A stretch of DNA of 64,000 nt from Anaerolineales bacterium UBA5195 (GTDB lineage Bacteria > Chloroflexota > Anaerolineae > Anaerolineales > Villigracilaceae), in NCBI GenBank assembly GCA_002412925.1, contig DHVZ01000045.1, forward strand, positions 1,541 through 65,540, written 5' to 3'. A program made the position numbers and the translations under genes. Under the pieces are notes generated by a model that worked only from the letters and a program-made list of their open reading frames with translations, did no database searches and was not told the DNA's origin. Positions 56,248 to 64,000 of this stretch are shown here, piece by piece. The number at the start of each line of letters is the position of its first letter. The stretch's first letter is position 1.

Positions 56248-57546
56248 TTATTCATCATCACGCCGGGTTAAATCTTCGACAGTTTCTCGCACCCGAATGA
56301 CATGCGCCTGCCCATCCTCAAGCATCAAGGCCATCGGACGGCGCGCGCCGTTGTAATTGCTCGCCATACTCAAATGATACGCCCCGCTGACCGGAATGGC
56401 GATCAGTTCATTTTCTTCGACAACCCGCAGCGGAATCTGCTCGATGAGCACATCCCCGCTCTCACAGTATGGCCCGGCGATGGAAACCACCTGGGTCGAA
56501 CTCCCCGAAACCTTTTCCACCGTTAAACAGGAGTATTTCGCCTCATACAAGGCGTGGCGCGGATTGTCGGCCATGCCGCCGTCGATCAGCAGCCAGGTTT
56601 TGCCTGCAGTCTGTTTCACCGTCCCGACGCGATAGACCGCCACCCCAGCCTTCGCCACCAGGCTGCGGCCAGGCTCCAGGTGCAGGTGCGGGAGCGTCAA
56701 CCCGCGCTTTTTGCACCCTGCCATAATGTTTTCTGCCACAAAGCGCACGTATAACTCGATCGGCGGTTGGGGCAGATCGTCTTCGTGGTAAGCAACCCCC
56801 CAGCCGCCACCGGGAGAGAGATGCCAGTTGTCTTTGAAGCCAATCTCTTTGGCAAGGTCAAGCGCCCTGTCGATGCCATCACCCAGCGGTTCCGGGTCGC
56901 GGAATTGGGAGCCCTGATGGAAATGCAGCCCCACCAGCGGCAGGTCATTTTGACGACAAATCCTGACCGCTTCGAGCAGCTCTTCCCGGCCCATGCCAAA
57001 TTTACTATCCGCGTGCCCGGTCTGGGTATAAGCGTGAGTCGCCACCGACGAGCCAGGCTGGAAGCGCAGCCACAGTTCAGGGATATTGGCGCGCGGCAGT
57101 TCAGCACAGAGCTTCTGCAGCCTTCCCAATTCTGACAGGTTATCCACTACAATCGTCCCGGCATGCTTAATGGCAGCCCGCAAATCTTCTGCGCTCTTGT
57201 TCACGCCATGCACCAGGATGTGTTCTTTGGGCAGGTCTGATTTGAGAGCGATGCCGATCTCGCCCGCGCCGGTACAGTCGATGATGAAACCTTGTCCCAG
57301 CGCCCACCGGGCAATGGCAGTACACAGGAAGGCTTTCCCGGCATAAGTAACCGACCAGCGCCCGGCCCAGGATTCATCCAGGAAACGACGGTACAGACCA
57401 GCGGCTGAGTCCAGATCCGCCCGATCGTAGAGATAAAGTGGCGTGCCATACTGTTCGGCCAGGGTCCGAACATCACATCCGCCAATCGTCAATTTATCGT
57501 CAATAATTTTCGTGCTGACAGGGAAGAGGGAGAGTTTTTTGTCCAT
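56248..57546 (-). CDS. lysA: Diaminopimelate decarboxylase
   Basis: ATG 57546 (MDKKLSLF). Motifs YAGKAF (PLP Lys), HFHQGSQ, GGGWGVAY, EPGRSLVA and CESGD. Confidence 0.9.
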   Translation of the reverse strand: MDKKLSLFPVSTKIIDDKLTIGGCDVRTLAEQYGTPLYLYDRADLDSAAGLYRRFLDESWAGRWSVTYAGKAFLCTAIARWALGQGFIIDCTGAGEIGIALKSDLPKEHILVHGVNKSAEDLRAAIKHAGTIVVDNLSELGRLQKLCAELPRANIPELWLRFQPGSSVATHAYTQTGHADSKFGMGREELLEAVRICRQNDLPLVGLHFHQGSQFRDPEPLGDGIDRALDLAKEIGFKDNWHLSPGGGWGVAYHEDDLPQPPIELYVRFVAENIMAGCKKRGLTLPHLHLEPGRSLVAKAGVAVYRVGTVKQTAGKTWLLIDGGMADNPRHALYEAKYSCLTVEKVSGSSTQVVSIAGPYCESGDVLIEQIPLRVVEENELIAIPVSGAYHLSMASNYNGARRPMALMLEDGQAHVIRVRETVEDLTRRDDE

Positions 57547-57587
57547 AAAAAAAGAAACCCCGGTTGGGGCTGCTGCCAAAGGGGTTT

Positions 57588-57971
57588 TTATTTGCCAAGG
57601 ATGAGAATCATCCAGACATCCCATTTGGTCATATCGGTCAAGATTGGGGTTGCTATAGGGGTGGGCTGCGGGGTGGAGCCAGGAGCCGGCAAGACAATGA
57701 AAACCTTGTCGCCGGGCTGGGCCATGCGTGCCTGGTTGCGCGCGTATTCTTCGGCAGAGGCCGGGGAGGTTGCAATGGCCACCTGGGTCTCCAGGGCCGC
57801 TTGTGTGACCATGATGGCCGTGGCCTGGGCGCGCACCGTGGCAGCCTGGCCCTGCAAGCGTGCAAGCTCTTCGAGGCGCACATTGAAATTCATCACCAGT
57901 ACCAGGAAAATCCCGATGGAAATAAACACACTCAGGCGGCGCAGGTTGATTTGAAGCGGGCCGATTTTCAT
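57588..57971 (-). CDS. Septum-formation-initiator (FtsB/DivIC)-like bitopic protein
   Basis: N-terminal TM followed by a coiled coil (LEELARLQGQAATVRAQA) and ..EEYARNQARMAQPGDKVF, typical of this family. Confidence 0.55.
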   Translation of the reverse strand: MKIGPLQINLRRLSVFISIGIFLVLVMNFNVRLEELARLQGQAATVRAQATAIMVTQAALETQVAIATSPASAEEYARNQARMAQPGDKVFIVLPAPGSTPQPTPIATPILTDMTKWDVWMILILGK

Positions 57972-58043
57972 GGGCTTATTTTACCACTGAGAACTTTGGA
58001 GTGCAGAAGCTTGCTGTGGGGTATAGCGCAAAACTGTTGGCAA

Positions 58044-58070
58044 CAAAAAACCCGCATTTCTGCGAGTTTT
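58044..58070 (-). terminator. Weak terminator downstream of tRNA-Leu
   Basis: On the minus strand: CUCGCA-GAAA-UGCGGG followed by UUUUUU. The stem is short with one mismatch. Confidence 0.4.
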
Positions 58071-58076
58071 TGTGTG

Positions 58077-58160
58077 TGCCGAAGGAGGGACTTGAACCCT
58101 CACTCCCTTGCAGGAACTAAGCCCTGAACCTAGCGCGTCTGCCAATTCCGCCACTTCGGC
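58077..58160 (-). tRNA. tRNA-Leu (anticodon CAG)
   Basis: The reverse complement folds by hand into a cloverleaf. Acceptor GCCGAAG/CTTCGGC, D-arm GCGG..CGCG, anticodon arm CTAGG-TTCAGGG-CTTAG, a long variable arm, T-arm GAGGG-TTCAAGT-CCCTC, discriminator A. No encoded CCA. Confidence 0.9.
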
Positions 58161-58222
58161 TTGAGCGGATGGTATTTTACTCTAAATTGGGGATTTGTCA
58201 ACCTGATAACGGTTTTTGCACA

Positions 58223-58251
58223 TTGACACCCAGTGTACCGATTGGTATACT
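58223..58251 (+). promoter_or_regulatory. Near-consensus sigma70-type promoter for the TetR gene
   Basis: TTGACA (58223-58228), 17-nt spacer, TATACT (58246-58251). The inverted repeat AGTGTACC-GATT-GGTATACT (58232-58251) lies within it. Confidence 0.6.
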
Positions 58252-58258
58252 CCGAGGC

Positions 58259-58828
58259 GTGAAAAACAATCGTTTAAAACTCCTTGAGTGCGCGTTAGAA
58301 CTATTCTCATCGCGCGGGTACGACGCGGTGGGCGTGCAGGCAGTTGCGGATGCCGCCGGTTTGAAAAAACCGACGCTCTATCATTATTTTGGCAGCAAAA
58401 GCGGCTTGCTGAAAACCCTGCTCGATACGCACTTCGAGGAGCTTTTCATGGCTTTGGAAAAAGCCGCCGATTATCAGGGCGACGTCAAAACCACGCTGAC
58501 CACTGTATGCGCCGAATATTTCGATTTCGCCCAGAAAAACCGCTCCTTTTACCGGATGCAGTTGGCGATGTGGTTCTCCCCCCCCAACAGTGACTCTTTT
58601 AGGGCAGTGGCAGTCATCAACGCGCGGCAACAGCAGATCCTGGAAGGGTTGTTCCTCAAGGCTGCTCAGGATCATGGGAACATGCGCGGGCGTCACCAGG
58701 CCTACGCGGCCACCCTTTTGGGCATGGTCAACACCTACATTGCGCTGGGGCTGAACGATTTCACCGTGCTGGATGCCGAACTGGTCTCCAAAGCTGTTCA
58801 CCAGTTCATGCACGGAATCTTTTCCTGA
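58259..58828 (+). CDS. TetR/AcrR family transcriptional regulator (probably leaderless or near-leaderless)
   Basis: GTG 58259 is 7 nt after the -10. HTH LLECALELFSSRGYDAVGVQAVADAAGLKKPTLYHYFGSK. The upstream extension to 58169 would cover the promoter. Confidence 0.75.
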   Translation: MKNNRLKLLECALELFSSRGYDAVGVQAVADAAGLKKPTLYHYFGSKSGLLKTLLDTHFEELFMALEKAADYQGDVKTTLTTVCAEYFDFAQKNRSFYRMQLAMWFSPPNSDSFRAVAVINARQQQILEGLFLKAAQDHGNMRGRHQAYAATLLGMVNTYIALGLNDFTVLDAELVSKAVHQFMHGIFS

Positions 58829-58995
58829 AGCCATATTTTTGGCTCTCTGGGAATCTCTGTGGTAAAGCGGTGCTATTCACCCCGTACCCTGCAAACGCAT
58901 CAGGGCAAGCGCCCATCGGGGCAGACGGGAAAACTCTGGAGATCCATTTTTTTATCAAAAGATTGTACCTACTGGTAGGCATACAAGGAGAAGCA

Positions 58996-60363
58996 ATGAA
59001 GCAACACTGGTCACAAAACGCGATTTTTTATCACATCTACCCACTGGGGTTTTGCGGTGCGCCGGAACAGAACGATTTCCATTCGACGGCGGTTCCACGG
59101 CTGGACAAAATCAAGGATTGGATCGGGCATTTGCGCGATTTACAGGTTAACGCACTTTACCTGGGCCCGGTTTTTGAATCAACAGCGCATGGTTACGATA
59201 CTGCCGATTATTTCTGGGTCGACCGGCGGCTGGGAACAAACGAGACCCTCCGCGAACTCGTCCAGGAATTGCACCGTAACAACATCAGGGTTATCCTGGA
59301 TGGCGTTTTCAACCACGTGGGGCGCGATTTCTGGGCCTTCCGGGATGTTTTGCAGAACCGGGAAAACTCTTTGTATCGGAACTGGTTCAAAGGTTTGAAT
59401 TTCGGTGGTCACAGCCCTTATGGCGATCCGTTTGCTTATGAAAGCTGGAACGGCTCCTATGACCTAGTGGCGCTTAATTTCAACGAGCCAGCGGTGAAAG
59501 AGCATTTGCTCCTGGCCGTTCGGCAGTGGATTGTGGATTTCGAAATCGACGGTTTTCGCCTGGATGTGGCCGATTGCCTGGATTTGCAGTTCCAGCGCGA
59601 ACTGGGCTCTTTCTGCCGCAGTCTGCGGCCTGATTTCTGGCTGATGGGAGAGGTCGTCCATGGCGATTACCGGCGCTGGGCCAATCCAAAAACGCTGGAT
59701 TCGGTCACAAATTACGAGGTTTACAAGGGACTGTATTCCAGCCTGGTGGACAAGAATTATTTCGAGATAGCCTATGCCCTCAACCGCCAGTTCGGCGCGG
59801 GTGGGATTTATCGCAATCTGCCGCTCTACAACTTTGTCGATAATCACGATGTCAACCGCGTGGCGAGCAACCTGCCAAACCCGGCGCATTTATACCCACT
59901 CTATACCTTGTTGTTCACCATGCCAGGTGTGCCATCGATTTATTCTGGCAGTGAGTGGGGCTTGGAAGGAAAACGCACTGAGACGGACGACCGGCCCCTG
60001 CGGCCAAACCTTGACCTGGAAACCATCCGTCAAAACGCCCCGCAGCCGGGACTCGAAAAAACGATCGGCCGGTTGGCCCAAATCAGACAGGGTTCCACGG
60101 CGCTGAAAGCCGGGAACTACACCCAGCTCTTTGTCAGCCATGAGCAGTTGGCCTTTTCCCGACAAAAGGATGACGACCAGGTGCTGGTCCTGCTCAACGC
60201 GGCAGAAACGCCAACGGCGTTTGAGTTTCCCATGCCACTGGATGACGGCACCCGGTTTGTGGATTTGCTCAACAGCGGGGAGAGCTTTTCCATAACGGGA
60301 GGTAGATTGCGGGTGGAGTCGGTTCCCACACACTGGGCGCGGATTTTACAAGTCGCACACTGA
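58996..60363 (+). CDS. GH13 alpha-amylase-family glycosidase
   Basis: AAGGAG RBS and ATG 58996. Conserved GH13 regions DGVFNHVG, GFRLDVADC, MGEVVH and FVDNHD. Confidence 0.9.
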   Translation: MKQHWSQNAIFYHIYPLGFCGAPEQNDFHSTAVPRLDKIKDWIGHLRDLQVNALYLGPVFESTAHGYDTADYFWVDRRLGTNETLRELVQELHRNNIRVILDGVFNHVGRDFWAFRDVLQNRENSLYRNWFKGLNFGGHSPYGDPFAYESWNGSYDLVALNFNEPAVKEHLLLAVRQWIVDFEIDGFRLDVADCLDLQFQRELGSFCRSLRPDFWLMGEVVHGDYRRWANPKTLDSVTNYEVYKGLYSSLVDKNYFEIAYALNRQFGAGGIYRNLPLYNFVDNHDVNRVASNLPNPAHLYPLYTLLFTMPGVPSIYSGSEWGLEGKRTETDDRPLRPNLDLETIRQNAPQPGLEKTIGRLAQIRQGSTALKAGNYTQLFVSHEQLAFSRQKDDDQVLVLLNAAETPTAFEFPMPLDDGTRFVDLLNSGESFSITGGRLRVESVPTHWARILQVAH

Positions 60364-60404
60364 TGAGGTTGCCAGTTTCGTCAACTCAAAGAGGTTCTTG
60401 GCAT

Positions 60405-60431
60405 CCCCATTTTCCGGGTTTGAAAATGGGG
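60405..60431. repeat. Intergenic palindromic element of the CCCCATTTT/AAAATGGGG type
   Basis: 9-bp perfect stem with a 9-nt loop. No T-run follows, so it is not a typical terminator. It shares its arms with 33760-33797. Confidence 0.5.
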
Positions 60432-60582
60432 AGAAGATAGAGCAGATTTTGCGGATATGCCAAAAAGAATAATGGGAATTGCTAACACCAAGTTTCCCAA
60501 GGCTTCTAATTCCGGACGTTAAAAACGCCCGGATGGAAGGGATTTGACGCTATAATCAATCCAATATCTTCAGATTCTCGCA

Positions 60583-61836
60583 GTGTACAAAAAATTTCTC
60601 AAGATGGCAGACAAACTCAAATCTTTTTTTGAAAAATTTGTAATTTTGTTCATACAACCACTCTGGAGTTTCCTGTTCAGCTTCAGCGTCTATTTGGGCA
60701 TCTCCACCCTCAGAGGCTCTCCGTTTCGCGTGAGCGAATTCCCCTACTATAGCTATCTTGCAGATGCCTTTCTGCACGGTCAGCTCCATCTGAGATTAAT
60801 CCCTAAGATTCTCCACGACCTATCCTATTTTGGCGGAAAACATTATCTCTACTGGCCCCCCATGCCAGGTGTAGTTTTAATGCCCTTCGTGGCCATCTTT
60901 GGGGTGACCTTCAGCGATGTTCTCTTTTGTCTAACGCTGGGCGCAGTAAATGTTGCCTTAATCTCGCACCTGTTATCTCTCGCCCAGCACGAGGGCTTAA
61001 TCAACCTGAGCGTTTTTCAACGCGGGATTTTGGTTATCTTTTTTGCTTTTGGAACCGTCCAGTTTCCTATTGCGCCTCTCGGCCAGGTCTGGTTCATCGG
61101 GCAACTAACTGGTTTTTGTTTTGTAGCGCTGTCCTATATTGCCGCCCTCAGCTTGCGGGGGAGCAAAGCTTTCTTTTTTACCGGGCTGGCGATCGCCTGC
61201 GCCATGTTAACCAGGAACCATTTGATTTTTTTAGGGATCTGGCCCGGGGTCTATCTGATCTCAAAACACTGGGCTGACAAACCTCTGCTTTTACGTAACA
61301 CCGTACTCGCCTTGATCCCGCCCTTTCTGCTTGGAGTCCTTTTTCTGGTCTATAACTACCAACGCTTTGGGAGCTGGACGGAAGTCGGAATATCCTATCA
61401 CAAGATGGCAGAGTTTTTCATCGCCGATTACAAAAAATATGGCTATTTCAATATCCACTATGTTCCGATCAACTTCTATTACCAATATATCTTTTATCCA
61501 CTCCCCTTACGGCCAGAAACTCTCATGGGCGGCTCCTTGTTTCTGTTGAGCCCAATTTTCGCTGGGGTGTTTTTAGTCAACTTCAAGAAGGATCGGAAAC
61601 TGGATCTGATCACACTGCTAATTTCAATTTTGCTTACCAACCTCCCGATTTTATTATTAATGGGGACAGGTTGGGTTCAATTTGGACCACGATACACGCT
61701 CGATTTTACCGTCCCGTTGTTGCTCTTCTGCGCAATGGGCATCAAAAGAATGCCCAATCTCCCGCTTATCCTTTGTACAGCGATCTCTATTTTGCACTAT
61801 TCGATTGGTGCTTACTTATTTGCTACCGGTCTATGA
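60583..61836 (+). CDS. Polytopic membrane protein, GT-C-fold glycosyltransferase-like (ArnT/PMT-type); start uncertain (GTG 60583 or ATG 60604)
   Basis: At least 10 TM segments. The first periplasmic loop YLADAFLHGQLHL resembles GT-C loop motifs. Confidence 0.45.
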   Translation: MYKKFLKMADKLKSFFEKFVILFIQPLWSFLFSFSVYLGISTLRGSPFRVSEFPYYSYLADAFLHGQLHLRLIPKILHDLSYFGGKHYLYWPPMPGVVLMPFVAIFGVTFSDVLFCLTLGAVNVALISHLLSLAQHEGLINLSVFQRGILVIFFAFGTVQFPIAPLGQVWFIGQLTGFCFVALSYIAALSLRGSKAFFFTGLAIACAMLTRNHLIFLGIWPGVYLISKHWADKPLLLRNTVLALIPPFLLGVLFLVYNYQRFGSWTEVGISYHKMAEFFIADYKKYGYFNIHYVPINFYYQYIFYPLPLRPETLMGGSLFLLSPIFAGVFLVNFKKDRKLDLITLLISILLTNLPILLLMGTGWVQFGPRYTLDFTVPLLLFCAMGIKRMPNLPLILCTAISILHYSIGAYLFATGL

Positions 61837-62050
61837 AGGACAAACTATGCCCGATCAAACCAGCCCATTCTCTAAATTCTTAAAATTTCGGTTTTCGCTA
61901 AAAGCGGACAAACTCAAACGCCGGAAGTTGCTTTCGATAAGTTCGGCTCTTACAACCTGTTTTCGGGCAAACCCTGTTTACAAGGGGCGGAAAGTAGGTA
62001 TCTATGCCCAGGTATGAAAAACTTGCCGTCAAACCTGTGCAGGGAGTGAG

Positions 62051-63400
62051 ATGACAAAACCAGTCAGCCACACCATTCTGTTATTAACCGGTTCTTTATT
62101 TTCCATCTTTGCAGTCATGGCCCTGCCAGGATTCTATTTCCATAAAGACCTGGAAACCTTTTGGGCCTGGAGTCAGGCCTGGAATCGGGGCTGGCAAGAA
62201 ATTTATGTCACCTGCCCAGAATGTAATTATCCAATCATCGGGTTGTTCAGCTCGGCAGGTCTGACCGGCCTGACCGGCCTGTTGCAGAAGCTCGGGTACG
62301 AAAAGGCGGTCTTTGTTTTCAGGCTTTTCCTGGCCTTCGTAGATGGCCTGAACGTCTTCCTGGTTTACTGGATTTTGAAAAAACTATCCATTGAAAAAGC
62401 GGCTTTCTGGGCCGGGGTGATGGGTGTTTCCATCTCTTCCTGGGTGGGTGGAGCGCTCTGGGGACAAATCGATGGGGTCAGCCAGTTTTTTATCCTGGCC
62501 ACGCTGGCCTGGATTGTGAAAGGAAATGTCGATCGCTGGCCTTCCAGGGCGGCTTTTAGAATCTACTTGGCTGGCACAGGTATTCTATTGGCCTGCATTT
62601 TGCTGACCAAGCAATTGACCCTCTTTAGCGTGTTTTCCATTAGTCTGTTGGTGGCGGCCAATCTTCTGTTCTATTCCCGGGCATGGAAACAGGTTACACT
62701 GCACTCGGCGCTGGCGCTGGCAGCCTTCCTTGCAACCGTTTCTGTCTGGGATCTTTTCTTGAAATTACCCGCGCCTTATTTCTCCCACCTGCATTACATT
62801 GTGCAGGAGGGGGTTTACCGAGGCGACATCATTTCTGGCAACGGGTTCAATCTCTGGATGTTCTTAGGACGGGATATGTGGAGCTCCGCGTATGTTCCGT
62901 TGACAGCGAATCTCCCATTTTTCACGCCATTCTGGATAGGCAGGTTATTCTTTGTCATTTTTGTCGGCCTGATTACGTCTTCGCTGTTGCTTTTCCTGCA
63001 GGAGCATTTGCGTGGCAGGGAAACGTTTTTAAACAGGGAGGTGATCCTAAACTTTATTTTTTTTCTTGCGCTGGTGAACTTGGGATTCAATATATTCCTG
63101 ACCGGAACCCACGAACGTTACCTGTATCACTTTTATCCCTACATCATCGTTGCGGTAGCGGGCCTGGAAAGTTACAGCCCTATTTTTACGGCAAAAACCC
63201 GCTCCCTATTGGTGTTTGGCGCCAGTTTTTATGGAATCTTCATCCTGATGATCTTATCGCAGATTGATTTCAGGCTGGGTTATCTGCCGCATTGGGTGAT
63301 GGGAATCTTCCATCTTGGCCTTTTAATCTATCTCACAGCGGTCATTTTGCGTTACCAGAAATTCACAGCCAGAGCAGTTTCGCTCAAAGAAAGCGTGTAA
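62051..63400 (+). CDS. Polytopic membrane protein, GT-C-fold glycosyltransferase-like
   Basis: GGGAG RBS. About 12 TM segments and a first loop with acidic/aromatic residues (FYFHKDLETFWAW). Confidence 0.45.
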   Translation: MTKPVSHTILLLTGSLFSIFAVMALPGFYFHKDLETFWAWSQAWNRGWQEIYVTCPECNYPIIGLFSSAGLTGLTGLLQKLGYEKAVFVFRLFLAFVDGLNVFLVYWILKKLSIEKAAFWAGVMGVSISSWVGGALWGQIDGVSQFFILATLAWIVKGNVDRWPSRAAFRIYLAGTGILLACILLTKQLTLFSVFSISLLVAANLLFYSRAWKQVTLHSALALAAFLATVSVWDLFLKLPAPYFSHLHYIVQEGVYRGDIISGNGFNLWMFLGRDMWSSAYVPLTANLPFFTPFWIGRLFFVIFVGLITSSLLLFLQEHLRGRETFLNREVILNFIFFLALVNLGFNIFLTGTHERYLYHFYPYIIVAVAGLESYSPIFTAKTRSLLVFGASFYGIFILMILSQIDFRLGYLPHWVMGIFHLGLLIYLTAVILRYQKFTARAVSLKESV

Positions 63401-63405
63401 AACCC

Positions 63406-63699
63406 ATGACTGACCATCAGCCGCGGCATACCAAAATCGAAAAGGAAATCGTTACCAACCTGGGAACTGTCATCCTGGAACATCCGGTGGGATACGCGCG
63501 TGGCAAGTCGAATCTGTATTGTGTTTCCAGTGATGACAAGGTTCTCTGGTTTGCCGAATTACCCGAGGAAAATGTGCTCTATACGCGCGTCAGATTCGAT
63601 GACCAGGGTGAAAAACTGCTCACCTACTCGGTTCGCGGGCACGCCTGCGAAATCGACCTGAAAACAGGTAAGTTATTGAGCAAGATTTCGATCTCCTAA
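63406..63699 (+). CDS. Hypothetical small protein (97 aa)
   Basis: The ATG is 5 nt after the upstream stop. No motif recognised. Confidence 0.4.
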   Translation: MTDHQPRHTKIEKEIVTNLGTVILEHPVGYARGKSNLYCVSSDDKVLWFAELPEENVLYTRVRFDDQGEKLLTYSVRGHACEIDLKTGKLLSKISIS

Positions 63700-63740
63700 C
63701 TGTAACTGCTTCCATAATTATCGACATAAGGAAATAAACC

Positions 63741-64000
63741 GTGCTTGACTATCAATCTGTGCATGAAAAGAAAATTACGTTCAATGACCTGATCGAAGAT
63801 TTGAGCTTTGCCGACCTGCGCCGCGAAACCAATGAAATGATTGATGAAATCCAGCGCTTGATCACAAACTGCGAAGATGCCGATGTGATCTTTCAACCCG
63901 TCGATCCAAAGGCGGATGACCCGTTTGCCGTTGAAGGTGAGCGGAAATTGGCCTGGAGCCTGGGCCACGTGATCGTCCACTGCACAGCTTCATCAGAAGA
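63741..64000 (+). CDS. DinB-family-like protein (partial, continues beyond window)
   Basis: GTG 63741 after an AAGGAA RBS. Open frame VLDYQSVHEKKITFNDL...KLAWSLGHVIVHCTASSE with a DinB-type His-containing helix. The listed minus-strand ORF 63696-63980 is its antisense shadow. Confidence 0.5.
   Translation, partial: MLDYQSVHEKKITFNDLIEDLSFADLRRETNEMIDEIQRLITNCEDADVIFQPVDPKADDPFAVEGERKLAWSLGHVIVHCTASSE

Noticed and set aside
61847-62017. 56-aa basic ORF (MPDQTSPFSKFLKF...) between the two GT-C-like genes
   Set aside because: It has no clear RBS or motif and is very short. It could be real, but the sequence alone cannot support it.

Overview
This is a densely coding 64-kb chromosomal segment, about mid-50s % G+C by eye. 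The protein architectures suggest a Chloroflexota/Anaerolineae-type genome; this is inference only, since no search was run. All functional calls rest on motifs read directly from the supplied translations and DNA.

I can support about 57 CDS (two of them partial at the window edges), one tRNA-Leu(CAG), one tryptophan-specific T-box riboswitch, several intrinsic terminators, a few sigma70-like promoters and three operator-like palindromes.

Recognisable genes:
- Housekeeping: kamA, plsY, gyrB, TrpB2, a PGM/PMM-family mutase, lysA, ribA, a GH13 glycosidase and an aldo/keto reductase.
- Signalling: two very large GAF/PAS histidine kinases, a FIST protein, an FHA-GAF-GGDEF cyclase, two TetR regulators and one Rrf2 regulator.

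Most interesting observations:
1. An eight-gene, translationally coupled minus-strand operon (22218-30981). It combines an orphan GlmL/MutL-like ASKHA ATPase, a 979-aa zinc-ribbon protein with about 15 PDWL short motifs and an 84-nt tandem repeat, several membrane proteins, a barrel-hybrid-like protein and an LAKTG-tailed protein. I cannot assign it to any described system.
2. A canonical Trp T-box (UGG specifier, UGGC bulge) controlling a small ORF plus a stand-alone TrpB2.
3. A 1501-aa double-activase/dehydratase fusion of the BCR/HAD family, followed by a PAP2-type lipid enzyme. Its reading frame carries three in-frame GC-rich palindromic repeat elements.
4. A compositionally mosaic zinc-ribbon/TM/coiled-coil giant protein with a low-GC 3' module and an unknown downstream partner.
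5. A non-canonical ribA/pyrimidine-reductase/DUF1684/extradiol-dioxygenase cluster under an Rrf2 regulator.
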